The notes: a model not told the origin generated them from the sequence alone. DNA of 64,000 bases from an uncultured Verrucomicrobiae bacterium (GCA_963706715.1 CAVPNI010000002.1:256001-320000); one strand, 5' to 3'; positions 39,289 to 49,001 are shown, counted from the first letter of the stretch. Made by a program: numbers and translations.

Positions 39289-40290
39289 TTATGTTCGCCG
39301 AGTATGTTTACGCTGTCTTGAGACCGGAGGACTGCTTTTCTTAGTTTTCTTCGGAGCAGCAACTTTGGTAAGACGACTGGCTGCGACTTCTTCCGGGGTG
39401 AGCCCCAGCCCGTATACCAACAAGCTCTGGCCATCCTTCCAAATTTTTGAGCGAGCAGGTTCTCCGAGAATGACGGCGATGACATCTCTTCCTCGCCAAC
39501 TTCCGCTTGCAATGAGGCAATGACCCGCTTTGTCGGTATAACCGGTCTTCATCCCATTACAAAATGAATAGTCCCGCAAAAGATGGTTAGTATTTGGAAT
39601 GATCACGGTTTTTCCGCTATTAAATCGAAAGGAAATTGCGCGATAGCCGACAATTTCATGCACTATCGGATTAGCGTATGCTGCCCTCGCAACTATAGCC
39701 ATGTCTCGTGCGGTGGAATATTGAGTATCACAAGGCAGACCATTCGGATTCTCGAAATGGGAGGAGGCTCCTTTGAGATCGGCCATCCGGCGATTCATTT
39801 TTTCCGCAAAGGCGGCCACACTTCCTGCATTATCACGTGCAAGCGCAACTGCGACATCGTTCGCACTTTTCACTAACAGTGCAACGAGAAGTCCTTTCCG
39901 AGTATAGACTTCTCCTGCACGTAGGCCCAATTTGGTAGGCAGTACCACGGTGTCGGATTTGTCTATCATCACTGGTTTATCGAGGTTGCCGCTTTCGGCA
40001 ATAATCAAAGCCGTCAGGAGTTTTTGGGTACTGGCAACCTGGCGAGGTTCGGTTTCGTTGTGCTTTAAAATAATTTTCCCCGTATGAGCATCAAATAATA
40101 CCGTCGCCTTGGCGGTAATGACGGGTGGACTTGCTCCGGAAGCAGGAATGGGAAAGGAAACGGTTGTTTCTTGTGCGGCGGGAGATGCGGCTGGGGAAGG
40201 AGAGGGTTGCTGCGCGATGAGCAGGCCAGGAACGGCAATGAGAATCGCGCTAGTAAAATTTCTCAATCGAAAAAATGTGGTGGGGATCAT
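39289..40290 (-). CDS. D-alanyl-D-alanine carboxypeptidase (peptidase S11)
   Basis: ASTQK (SxxK), SAND (SxN), KTG; ATG at 40290 overlaps the upstream stop. Confidence 0.9.
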   Translation of the reverse strand: MIPTTFFRLRNFTSAILIAVPGLLIAQQPSPSPAASPAAQETTVSFPIPASGASPPVITAKATVLFDAHTGKIILKHNETEPRQVASTQKLLTALIIAESGNLDKPVMIDKSDTVVLPTKLGLRAGEVYTRKGLLVALLVKSANDVAVALARDNAGSVAAFAEKMNRRMADLKGASSHFENPNGLPCDTQYSTARDMAIVARAAYANPIVHEIVGYRAISFRFNSGKTVIIPNTNHLLRDYSFCNGMKTGYTDKAGHCLIASGSWRGRDVIAVILGEPARSKIWKDGQSLLVYGLGLTPEEVAASRLTKVAAPKKTKKSSPPVSRQRKHTRRT

Positions 40291-41075
40291 TTGGCAGAGT
40301 GAGAAACCTCCTTGGAAGAATAATGACTTTTGAAACTTTTCTCCATATTGGCATCTCGAGGAGCACCACATTGTAAAGCAATATAATAGTGTCGCTTGGC
40401 AAGCTCAACAGCGGCTGGGGTACGGTCCATATAGACAACAGCGAGATTATAGTGAGCGTCGCGATAAGTGGTGTCAAGTTCCACGGCGGCACGGAGTTCT
40501 GATTCAGCCGCATCCGACCATCCCAGGCGATTCATGACGACCCCGAGGTAATTATGAACCCGCGCATTCTGAGCTTCATATAATCTTGCTTGGGCAAGCG
40601 CAGCCAAGGCCTCATCCAGACGATTTTGATCCATGTACATGATGCCGAGCGTAAGCCAGGCGGTACCGGTTTCCAAACGCAGCGAAAGGGCGTGTTTCAA
40701 ATTTTTTTCAGCAGAGGCGTTTTCCCCCAATCGATACTCAGCAACACCTAAATTAACGAGTCCTACCAGATTATTGGGCGCAAGCTGGAGCACTTCTTGA
40801 TAGGCGCGAACCGCTTGCCGGAAATTTCCTTGGGTAAAAGCAGCGTTACCTTCCGCTGCAGCTCGTCGGGCTTCAGCGGGTATAAATTCAGATGGACCTT
40901 GCGCCGATGAGGGAGAAAGCAAATGGCCGGCGGCGGAATTGTCTGAGAAAGAAGATGAGGTGGAGGTTGCAGCGGCAGTGGACGGAGAAGATCCCGCTTG
41001 TTTGCCAAATCCGAAATTGATCGCTACTAATACCATTGTCACACCAAGTGAGCTAGTGTGTAAGAGGCTGTTCAT
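40287..41075 (-). CDS. tetratricopeptide repeat protein
   Basis: Repeated TPR helices (NLGV, AW.TLG, HNYLG, AHYNLA). Confidence 0.85.
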   Translation of the reverse strand: MNSLLHTSSLGVTMVLVAINFGFGKQAGSSPSTAAATSTSSSFSDNSAAGHLLSPSSAQGPSEFIPAEARRAAAEGNAAFTQGNFRQAVRAYQEVLQLAPNNLVGLVNLGVAEYRLGENASAEKNLKHALSLRLETGTAWLTLGIMYMDQNRLDEALAALAQARLYEAQNARVHNYLGVVMNRLGWSDAAESELRAAVELDTTYRDAHYNLAVVYMDRTPAAVELAKRHYYIALQCGAPRDANMEKSFKSHYSSKEVSHSAK

Positions 41076-41104
41076 GTGGCGCCGAGGGAAAGGTACCGCT
41101 TCCT

Positions 41105-41902
41105 TTACGAGCTAGCGCCCAGTTCTTCGGAACGTTCTTTTGCTGTTCGGACTGCTCGAATAAACGCAGCGCGGACACGTTCCTCTTCCAGAACTCCCAA
41201 GGCTGCAGCAGTCGTTCCAGCAGGGCTGGTTACCATTTCTCGGAGCAGGGCTGGATGCAGTCCGGTTTGTTCTGCCATAGCAGCCGCTCCCCGTACGGTC
41301 TGGATCGCCAAATTGAGAGCTACGGGACGAGGCAATCCAACAGCGACCCCCCCATCTGAAAGAGCTTCGATAACCAAATAAATATATGCCGGGCCGCTTC
41401 CACTCACTCCTACAACCGCATTAAAAAGCGATTCTTTGATTTCGATGACGCTTCCTATCGCTTCAAAGATTCGTCGGGCTTGATCGAGATCCGTAGGGGT
41501 TGCGGAGGGCCCCGGAGCCAGGGCCGTGGTACTGACTCCAGCCATCGCACCGGTGTTTGGCATCGCTCGCACGATACGAGCTCCCGAGAGTGCTTGGAGG
41601 CTCTCAGCGGACTTACCCGTCACAATAGAGACCACAGGTTTATCAGACAAAGCATTATCGCAGGATTGCAAGGCCGTCGCAACGTCCCAAGGTTTCACAG
41701 CAAGGATGATCAGTTCCGCTTCTTGGGCAACATCTGCGTTACTCTTGGCAGCACGAATGCCGGTTTCTTTGGCAAGAAGAGCCAATGGCTGCGAACTCCG
41801 GCTTGAAACGATGATGTCGTGAGGAAGACAAAGATTAGCACGCAAGATTCCTTCGATAATGGCTCGAGCCATGCGTCCCCCTCCAATAAATCCGTATCTC
41901 AT
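41105..41902 (-). CDS. proC: pyrroline-5-carboxylate reductase
   Basis: GFIGGGRMA, LAVKP, RAMPNT, SGSGPAY, VTSPAGTT. Confidence 0.96.
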   Translation of the reverse strand: MRYGFIGGGRMARAIIEGILRANLCLPHDIIVSSRSSQPLALLAKETGIRAAKSNADVAQEAELIILAVKPWDVATALQSCDNALSDKPVVSIVTGKSAESLQALSGARIVRAMPNTGAMAGVSTTALAPGPSATPTDLDQARRIFEAIGSVIEIKESLFNAVVGVSGSGPAYIYLVIEALSDGGVAVGLPRPVALNLAIQTVRGAAAMAEQTGLHPALLREMVTSPAGTTAAALGVLEEERVRAAFIRAVRTAKERSEELGASS

Positions 41903-42023
41903 ATCAAACTAACGAATCGCATTTCTTGCTAGGACGAGCAAGTCCCTTCCTGCTGACCTCTGTAACTCAAAGTCCCTCAAAAGAGGATTGCATTCAGTCG
42001 GCATCCTTGGCTACCACTCCCTG

Positions 42024-42548
42024 ATGAACCGTTATGGTTTTTTTCCAACTGTCCCGTTGATCGCTGCCACAGCTCTCGCGATAGGCATTTTATCCGGGTG
42101 CACCACAAAGCCGCCGGTTGATCCTCAGATTGTTGCCGCAGTGGCTGCTCACAATGTTGCCGCACGGACTGCTACTAAAATTCAAATGGAGCAGCCGTTA
42201 GACTATAGGGACATCCTGTATTTGGTAAAATCTAAGATGCCTACAGCCATCATAATAGCCTATTTGCAAAGTACCGAAAAATCCTACCAATTTACTCCAG
42301 GTCAATTGGATACCCTAAGAAACCTTGGGGCTTCTTCGCAGTTGATTAACTATCTTCACGAATCCAAAGGATTTTATATGATTAATAGCGCTTCGCGGCC
42401 CTCCACACAATTTAATCTGAAACGCATACGCACGAAAGGTCGGCCATCCTTGCCTCAAACGCAGATTTCCCTCGGAGAAGAAGTGGCGGACCCTGCATAC
42501 GAAGAATCGCTTTTTTCGCCTTTTTATCAGTACCCAAAACATTTCTAA
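42024..42548 (+). CDS. hypothetical lipoprotein
   Basis: Signal peptide with lipobox LSGC. Confidence 0.7.
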   Translation: MNRYGFFPTVPLIAATALAIGILSGCTTKPPVDPQIVAAVAAHNVAARTATKIQMEQPLDYRDILYLVKSKMPTAIIIAYLQSTEKSYQFTPGQLDTLRNLGASSQLINYLHESKGFYMINSASRPSTQFNLKRIRTKGRPSLPQTQISLGEEVADPAYEESLFSPFYQYPKHF

Positions 42549-42584
42549 ATCAGCTACATGCTTTAAAAGAAACCGACGAATTTA

Positions 42585-42726
42585 TAGCATGCCCCCTATA
42601 AAATGACACATGAGTTGTCTGGGATTTTTTCTTCAGAGTTTGTTTTAACAAGCTGGCCATATCTGTAGATACGGACGGATTGTTGAAACAAAGTCTGGGA
42701 GAAGACCGAGCCGTGGGAACCGCTGG
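42585..42726. mobile_element. half copy of MITE family A
   Basis: TA + TAGCATGCCCCCTATAAAATGAC; near-identical to 2213..2347; similarity stops at about 42726. Confidence 0.85.
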
Positions 42727-42774
42727 CAATGGTTTCTGGAGGAAAGAGACGAAGTCCAGTCGAATTTACGGGAT

Positions 42775-43113
42775 TTATCCTGGAGGCCATTTCATTGGGC
42801 GGCCCCCCAAAATGTGGATATGAAGATGAGGTACGGTTTCGCCGCCATTGAGTCCGCGGTTCATTATCAGGCGAAAGCCGGTTTGTGACAGACCTTCTTT
42901 TTCAGCGATACGGGTGGCGGTTAGTAACAGTTTTCCCAATAGTAAAGTATGTTTTTCTTGGGCCGCGGAAATGTTAGTAATAGGTTCTTTTGGAACCACC
43001 AGGATATGAACAGGGGCTTGAGGGTGAGCATCACGAAATGCCAGGACCTCGTCATCCTCCCATACGATTTCCGCAGGGATTTGCCGATGAATGATTTTTT
43101 CGAAAATAGTCAT
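42775..43113 (-). CDS. histidine triad nucleotide-binding protein (HinT-like)
   Basis: TIF.KII...IPA, PQAPVH, HLHIHILGGR...WPPG. Confidence 0.93.
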   Translation of the reverse strand: MTIFEKIIHRQIPAEIVWEDDEVLAFRDAHPQAPVHILVVPKEPITNISAAQEKHTLLLGKLLLTATRIAEKEGLSQTGFRLIMNRGLNGGETVPHLHIHILGGRPMKWPPG

Positions 43114-43134
43114 GGATCAGAAAAATTGGGCTAA

Positions 43135-43692
43135 TTAAGAAAGTTCGGTTTGTAGGTCAAAGGCGGTACATGCCTTAATTTCTTCGCGAATGAAACTGAC
43201 AATTTCCGTATTCAGGCCAGCGCAATCTCGCCTCCAAATTTTTGCTGAGCGCAACAATTTGACGCAACGCCGGAGATCAGAAAGCTCAATTCGACTTGCT
43301 CCGGCATGTAAGGCACGCCGCAATTCAGAACGTAAAAGATCAAAGAAAACCAATTCATAGCCGTGGCCGGCTCGTGATGCCAGCTCAGCAAGAGAGATTC
43401 GTGCTGGAGGAGGCAAGAGTTGGAATCGGCCAGCGACATCGGCATAACCAATCACCTGAAGTACAGACGCGACGGCTGTCGAAAGTTGCGGTTCCGTAAC
43501 GGCCGTTGAAGGAGCCTCGTGTTCAAAATAGATAGTGACTGCCTCGGCTACATGTTTGGAAAGCCACCACTTTCGATAGCCGGCTTGAGAAGCCGCCACA
43601 GATACCGATCGGATGAGCCAATTTCGCTCAAATGGGGTCAAACTCCCATCGGCCATCCGTACTAACGGCAGATTGTTTTTCAGTGCAATCAT
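43135..43692 (-). CDS. hypothetical protein with an ATP-cone-like N-terminus
   Basis: VRMADGSLTPFER..LIRSV..AA...VAEAV...VLQVIGYADVA; start overlaps the nrdR stop. Confidence 0.6.
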   Translation of the reverse strand: MIALKNNLPLVRMADGSLTPFERNWLIRSVSVAASQAGYRKWWLSKHVAEAVTIYFEHEAPSTAVTEPQLSTAVASVLQVIGYADVAGRFQLLPPPARISLAELASRAGHGYELVFFDLLRSELRRALHAGASRIELSDLRRCVKLLRSAKIWRRDCAGLNTEIVSFIREEIKACTAFDLQTELS

Positions 43693-44180
43693 GTTCCAAA
43701 CAGTTCTGGCTGTGTGGGAGTTTTCATGGTTTTTCTCTCTAGGGATTGAATTTCTTCAATAAAATCTCCGATTTCCTGGAATTGGCGGTACACCGATGCA
43801 TATCGAACGTACGCAACGGGGTCCAACGTATGGAGTTTTTCCATCACCTTCGCTCCAATAGCCTTAGTTGAAATTTCTTGTTTTTGACGGGCCTCCAGAT
43901 CCTGTATGACTTCCTCAACACACTTTTCGATGTGTTTAATGCCAATTGGCCGTTTTTCACATGCTTTTAAAAAGCTGGTTTGAAGCTTGTGTCGATCAAA
44001 GGGTTCGTGCCGTTCATCTCGTTTAACCACTCTCAGTTCCAGACGCTCGATTTCTTCGTAGGTAGTAAAACGAGTTTCACAACAGAGGCATTCGCGACGA
44101 CGCCGAATGCTTCCGCCTTCTTTCGACAGACGGCTGTCTATTACTTTGTCCTCTACAGAGCCGCACTTTGGGCAACGCAT
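43689..44180 (-). CDS. nrdR: transcriptional repressor NrdR
   Basis: MRCPKCG...KVIDSR...IRRRREC..C..RFTTYE; ATP cone; VAYVRYASVYR. Confidence 0.97.
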   Translation of the reverse strand: MRCPKCGSVEDKVIDSRLSKEGGSIRRRRECLCCETRFTTYEEIERLELRVVKRDERHEPFDRHKLQTSFLKACEKRPIGIKHIEKCVEEVIQDLEARQKQEISTKAIGAKVMEKLHTLDPVAYVRYASVYRQFQEIGDFIEEIQSLERKTMKTPTQPELFGT

Positions 44181-44211
44181 TGTATCACTGTGCGATTTTA
44201 CATGTTATTTG

Positions 44212-44227
44212 ACACAACATATTGTAT
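44212..44227. promoter_or_regulatory. NrdR box upstream of nrdR
   Basis: ACACAACATATTGTAT vs consensus acaCwAtATaTwGtgt; embedded in a TTTGACA...TGTCAAA palindrome. Confidence 0.65.
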
Positions 44228-44326
44228 TGTCAAAACAAATTCCCTTTCCAGTTCATTCCTGTTATCTTTTCTTTGATTCTTTTTATTGTCGTTGAAGTGC
44301 CGAGCGCGGCAGCATAGGCGGACAAA

Positions 44327-45382
44327 ATGGGTGATCTCCGAATTTTTAAATCGTTAAACGCGGCAGACCTCGCAGTTTGGATGGCAGAGCACAGCGAGAA
44401 GCAATTTCGTGTTAATCAAGTGCTTGATTGGATTTATGTTAAGCGTTGTTCCTCGTTTAAAGAAATGAGCAACATTCCGCCCAGTCTACGTAGCGTTTTG
44501 GCTAAGGAATTTCTGATCCCTGTTCTTGTTAACGTCCAGAGTATTGGATCTGCGGATACAACACAGAAGTTTCTATTTAAGTTAGGAGATGGGCAGCTTA
44601 TCGAAAGTGTGATCATTCCATCCTCGCCGGCATTGTATGGGGATCCTTCGGATCGGATAACCGCTTGTTTATCATCTCAAGTAGGTTGCGCCTATGGTTG
44701 CAAATTTTGCGCCAGTGGGTTGGACGGTTGGAAGCGGAATTTGGAAGCGGGCGAAATCGTCGACCAGTTGATGCTGTTGGAACGGATTAGCGGTCGGCGA
44801 GTCCATAACATTGTTTTTATGGGAATGGGTGAACCATTCGCCAATTTTTCCAATCTCATGAAGGCCATTGAAATTCTGAATGCTTCCTGGGGAATGGGAG
44901 TAGGTGCACGGCACATGACGGTCTCTACCAGCGGATTAGTTCCTCAGATTCGACAATTTGCTGAATCCTCACTTCAGGTGAGGTTGGCAATTAGCCTGCA
45001 TGCGGCTAGTGATTCCGTTCGGGACAAGATCATGCCTATCAATCGGCGCTATCCCTTGGCGGATCTTTTGAGCGCGCTTGATTATTTCCGTCTTCATAAG
45101 AAACAAAGGATTACCTTCGAGTATATCCTTATTAAGGGGATAAATGATGGCCTGGATCAGGCCGCCCTTCTTGTAAACCATGCGCGACGTGTCGGAGCTA
45201 AAGTGAACCTCATTCCATATAACACAGTTTCAGGCTTATCTTGGCAGCGGCCAGAGAGTTCCGCACAAAAATTATTTTTCCAATACCTAGAGAATCGCGG
45301 TATTTCGGTCACTCTTCGCAAGGAAAAGGGGCATGATATCGCGGCGGCATGCGGTCAGCTCCGTTTACAACAAGTTCAATGA
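44327..45382 (+). CDS. rlmN: 23S rRNA/tRNA m2A methyltransferase RlmN
   Basis: SSQVGCAYGCKFCASG, VFMGMGEP, AISLHA, VNLIPYN, DIAAACGQL. Confidence 0.96.
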   Translation: MGDLRIFKSLNAADLAVWMAEHSEKQFRVNQVLDWIYVKRCSSFKEMSNIPPSLRSVLAKEFLIPVLVNVQSIGSADTTQKFLFKLGDGQLIESVIIPSSPALYGDPSDRITACLSSQVGCAYGCKFCASGLDGWKRNLEAGEIVDQLMLLERISGRRVHNIVFMGMGEPFANFSNLMKAIEILNASWGMGVGARHMTVSTSGLVPQIRQFAESSLQVRLAISLHAASDSVRDKIMPINRRYPLADLLSALDYFRLHKKQRITFEYILIKGINDGLDQAALLVNHARRVGAKVNLIPYNTVSGLSWQRPESSAQKLFFQYLENRGISVTLRKEKGHDIAAACGQLRLQQVQ

Positions 45383-45464
45383 ACTCAGGCGTTTCGAAAA
45401 CGGCCCTTCTTTTCGCAAAGAAACATTTTGCGTCTCGTATCAAGCTAGATTATGGGGTTGTGTG

Positions 45465-46094
45465 ATGGCTGAAAACGATTTCGATTCTCGCGAAGTCTGG
45501 GACGAATATGATTGGGAGCGATTTTTGCAGGAGCAAGATCGTAGTACCGAGAAGTATTTCGACCTATTGGAACAATATATGGACCACCCTGAGCGAGACG
45601 AAATTATCGACAGAGAGATGGGATGGGAACATCACAACAATGATGACGGCGAGATAGAAATCTCGGTGGAATTTCAAACCGAGGAGGATTTCTCAGAATA
45701 TAATGAGGCCGATATAGTTTCTTATCCTCCCATCTATTTGGAGACCATGCGCCTCCATCATATGATCAATTCCTGGATGGAGAACCACCCCGACGTTAAA
45801 GAGCATCCGGAAGCAATTCGTCTGACCGCCTGTTCCGCTATCTGTGGTGCAAAGCTGGCAGATGCTCTTTTTGGAGAGGATCAAACCGAAATTGGGATGA
45901 CAATTGCTTATTTGAAGCGTGGCCTGAAGGCTGCCAATGATTCCCTAAGCGCCACCGCTCGTCTTTTTGAACTTAAGCTCTTAGCGTCCCGACAAAAAAG
46001 CGCACTAAGCCGGCGGCTATTTTGTGTGCGTGATCGCGTGGTTGAACTTATCGGAGATTACCGAGCCGAGTGGAGACGACGTTACGGAACTTGA
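45465..46094 (+). CDS. acidic hypothetical protein
   Basis: WDEYDWERFL...HPERDEII..EMGW; long ORF. Confidence 0.7.
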   Translation: MAENDFDSREVWDEYDWERFLQEQDRSTEKYFDLLEQYMDHPERDEIIDREMGWEHHNNDDGEIEISVEFQTEEDFSEYNEADIVSYPPIYLETMRLHHMINSWMENHPDVKEHPEAIRLTACSAICGAKLADALFGEDQTEIGMTIAYLKRGLKAANDSLSATARLFELKLLASRQKSALSRRLFCVRDRVVELIGDYRAEWRRRYGT

Positions 46095-46142
46095 TAAAGT
46101 TCCAAGTGGACATAAATTTGTGAAACGTGGTCCGAATTTAAA

Positions 46143-46934
46143 ATGAAACTCGACTCGCAGCAAGCGGCAGCTCAAGCACAATTCGATAAACGGAGTTCCC
46201 AGTATGGAAGTTCTCATATGATCTTATCCCACGTGGAAGATCTGGAATCACTTATACAACACGTTTCCTTGCCTCCCAAATCTCGGGCATTGGATGTTGC
46301 AACCGGCGGAGGCCACACGGCACTTTTTTTGGCAAAAATGGGATGTGAAGTGACAGCATCCGATATTACGGAATCGATGTTGGAAGTCGCGACTCGCCTT
46401 GCGGCAAAGGAAGGCTTTTCTATCCATACTCGACAGCACCCGGCTGAAGAAATGCCTTATCGTGCGGAGTCTTTTGACATTGTGTCCTGCCGAGTTGCAC
46501 CACATCATTTTACTAAGCCAGCGCTTTTCGTCCGAGAAGCGGCACGCGTCCTTGTTCCGGGTGGTTGCTTTCTTTTGATCGATACTACTGTACCCGATAA
46601 TTCTCCGGAAGCAGCACGATGGTTGGATCGGGTGGAAAAATTGCGCGATCCGTCTCATGTTCGTCTGATTCCGCCTTCCGAATGGTTGTCTTATTGTCGA
46701 GAAGCTGGCTTGGAGCCAACCTATTGGCAAGTTACCGATTTGAAACAGCCGGATTTGGAAGAATATTTTTGCATAGCCAACACGCCAACCGCCAATCGAC
46801 AAGAAGTCTTCCGCCTTGTGGAGAACGCGCCACAAATTGCCCGCAATAACTATCAACTTGCCCAGGAAGATGGAAAAATCACCTGGATCTGGCCGCGCCT
46901 GGGTTTGATTGCTCGTAAGGCTAGTCAACAATAA
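46143..46934 (+). CDS. class I SAM-dependent methyltransferase
   Basis: LDVATGGGH, FDIVSCR.APHHF, RVL.PGG, EKLRDPSHVR. Confidence 0.9.
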   Translation: MKLDSQQAAAQAQFDKRSSQYGSSHMILSHVEDLESLIQHVSLPPKSRALDVATGGGHTALFLAKMGCEVTASDITESMLEVATRLAAKEGFSIHTRQHPAEEMPYRAESFDIVSCRVAPHHFTKPALFVREAARVLVPGGCFLLIDTTVPDNSPEAARWLDRVEKLRDPSHVRLIPPSEWLSYCREAGLEPTYWQVTDLKQPDLEEYFCIANTPTANRQEVFRLVENAPQIARNNYQLAQEDGKITWIWPRLGLIARKASQQ

Positions 46935-46960
46935 TGATTTGCTGATGCGTCGCATCCTTA

Positions 46961-47431
46961 TAGCATGACCCCTATAAAATGACCATGCCTTGTCGTTCTT
47001 TTTGCCTCGCTTGGCTCCCGCCAAGTCTCGCCCCTGTGAGGGGGGCTGTCCGGCAAAGCCGGACAGGCTACCCCAGCCGTTCCCACGGCTCGGTGTTCCA
47101 CCAGACTTTGTTTCAACAATCCGTCCGTATCTAGAGCTTGTCCTGAAAACGGCAAAATTGCCCGGAAAAGTCTTTTTACTCTGTTGAATCCCTCTATTTT
47201 TATCCATTGATTCGGTTGTTTTTCAGTAATGCCAAAATTATAAATGCCTGATTTTGGGGAAAATGGCGTTTTTCTGTCTTTTTCTCAAAATTTTTTGCCT
47301 CTGGATCGGCTTCATTGCTGCTTCTACGGTTTCAGGACAAGCTCTATCTACAGATATGGCCAGCTTGTTAAAACAAACTCTGAAGAAAAAATCCCGGACA
47401 ACTCATGTGTCATTTTATAGGGGTCATGCTA
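46961..47431. mobile_element. complete MITE family A (about 254 bp without its insert), TA target duplication
   Basis: 23-bp perfect TIR TAGCATGACCCCTATAAAATGAC; TA at 46959-60 and 47432-33. Confidence 0.92.
47134..47344. mobile_element. nested 211-bp MITE (family B)
   Basis: TIR GAGCTTGTCCTGAAA / TTTCAGGACAAGCTC; TATCTA duplicated at 47128-33 and 47345-50; empty site present in the other two family A copies. Confidence 0.9.
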
Positions 47432-47434
47432 TAT

Positions 47435-47523
47435 TAAGTAATGTTACGCAAAAAAAAGTCATTTATTGGTGAGAATGGCCTTTTTTTGCTCCCAGAGCTT
47501 CTAAAAGAACGTAACGTCAGTTA
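47435..47523. repeat. degenerate MITE (family D)
   Basis: TAAGTAATGTTACG ... CGTAACGTCAGTTA imperfect TIR (11/14). Confidence 0.45.
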
Positions 47524-47564
47524 CTAAGAAATTCATCCCAAAAATAAATCTAGAGCTTTAACTT

Positions 47565-48308
47565 ATGAAGATATTTGAAGGTCAGGTCGCGCTTGTAACA
47601 GGAGCTGGGCGTGGAATTGGAGAAGCTATTGCCAAACAGTTGGCCTCCTTAGGAGCCCAGATTGCGGTGGTGAGCCGAACTGAAGCAAACTCCAGCAAAA
47701 CTGCCGATGCTATTTGTAAAGAAGGCGGCATTGCTCGTGCCTACGCAATCGATGTCGCTAACTTTCAGGCTGTGCAAAAGCTAGGGGAGGACATCCTGTC
47801 GGACTTTCAAAAGGTGGATATTCTGGTGAACAATGCTGGGGTTACGCGCGACACACTTCTTCTGCGGATGACTGTTGAGGAGTGGGACGAGGTTCTCGGA
47901 ACGAATCTTAAAGGCGCTTTTAATTTTATCAAAGCAGTGACTCGTTCCATGGCAAAGCAACGGTCCGGGCGTATTATCAATATCTCATCGGTTATTGGTC
48001 TTATCGGAAATGCGGGCCAAGCTAACTATGCAGCCTCGAAAGCAGGGCTCATCGGACTTACTAAAAGCGTTGCCAGAGAGCTTGCCGGCAGGAACATTAC
48101 GGTGAACGCTGTGGCTCCCGGCTTTATCGATACGGATATGACAGCCGTTTTATCAGGGGATTGGCGTGACAGGATTGTCGAACAGATTCCTTTGGGGCGC
48201 ATTGGGAAAGTGGAGGAAATTGCTGCGGCGGTCGCTTTTCTTGCCAGTCCTCAGGCTTCTTACATCACAGGGCAGGTGCTGACAGTGGATGGCGGTATGG
48301 TGATGTAG
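47565..48308 (+). CDS. fabG: 3-oxoacyl-ACP reductase
   Basis: TGAGRGIG, NNAGVTRD, GNAGQANYAASK, VAPGFIDTDMT. Confidence 0.95.
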   Translation: MKIFEGQVALVTGAGRGIGEAIAKQLASLGAQIAVVSRTEANSSKTADAICKEGGIARAYAIDVANFQAVQKLGEDILSDFQKVDILVNNAGVTRDTLLLRMTVEEWDEVLGTNLKGAFNFIKAVTRSMAKQRSGRIINISSVIGLIGNAGQANYAASKAGLIGLTKSVARELAGRNITVNAVAPGFIDTDMTAVLSGDWRDRIVEQIPLGRIGKVEEIAAAVAFLASPQASYITGQVLTVDGGMVM

Positions 48309-48409
48309 GCTCGGTGGTGTCGGTTTGAAGCAGAAGTCAGTCTAGCCGTGCTGGTTTCTTTTAGGAGCCCATAATTACGAATGGGCTTCATTTTCGACTT
48401 ATAAGCTTC

Positions 48410-48430
48410 TATAGCATGACCTCTATAAAA
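48410..48430. repeat. solo TIR remnant of MITE family A
   Basis: TATAGCATGACCTCTATAAAA. Confidence 0.7.
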
Positions 48431-48513
48431 GGAACGGACGCGGTCCGCATCAAATTACTGTCAAACAGTAATGAATGCGTATTATAATAATCGCCGACGC
48501 CCAAATTGCCCAT

Positions 48514-48996
48514 ATGCTGTTGACGTTTATCCGCCATGCAGAAGCTTCTCTCAGCGCAGCCGTCAATTTCAAGCGAGAGTTGACAGAACGAGGAAAACAA
48601 CAGGCGCATCAGCTTGCGGCATTCTTTAGCAGGCTAAAAAATCAGCCACAGCTCGTACTGACTAGCCCGGTTGTCCGTGCACGGCAAACTGCGGAAGCCA
48701 TTAGTCAAAGACTGGAATCCGCGAGGCTTTTGGAGCAATCCTGGTTAGCATCTGGCATGGCTCCGGAAATTTACATTAGTGAACTCCGTGCCTTCTCGCA
48801 ATTTGAAAATGTTCTTTTAGTCGGCCATGAGCCTGATCTGAGTTCTACCATTGCGTTCTTACTTGGAAACCAGAACCCAGAAAATTTGAAGATGCGTAAG
48901 GCCAGTATTTGTGCCTTGAAAATACAATCACTTGGTCCAGGTTGTGGTATATTGCAGTACTTTTTGCCTCCGGATCTACTGCTTCCTTTATCATAA
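48514..48996 (+). CDS. sixA: phosphohistidine phosphatase SixA family
   Basis: IRHAEA, R.LT.RG, TSP..RA.QTA, LVGHEP. Confidence 0.85.
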   Translation: MLLTFIRHAEASLSAAVNFKRELTERGKQQAHQLAAFFSRLKNQPQLVLTSPVVRARQTAEAISQRLESARLLEQSWLASGMAPEIYISELRAFSQFENVLLVGHEPDLSSTIAFLLGNQNPENLKMRKASICALKIQSLGPGCGILQYFLPPDLLLPLS

Positions 48997-49001
48997 ATTC
49001 T

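Noticed and set aside
46248..47207. 319-aa minus-strand ORF
   Set aside because: It is antisense to the methyltransferase, runs through MITE DNA and has no motifs.
48331..48345. CAGAAGTCAG resembling the intron domain II/III junction
   Set aside because: Only about 10 bp match with no flanking similarity; chance is likely.
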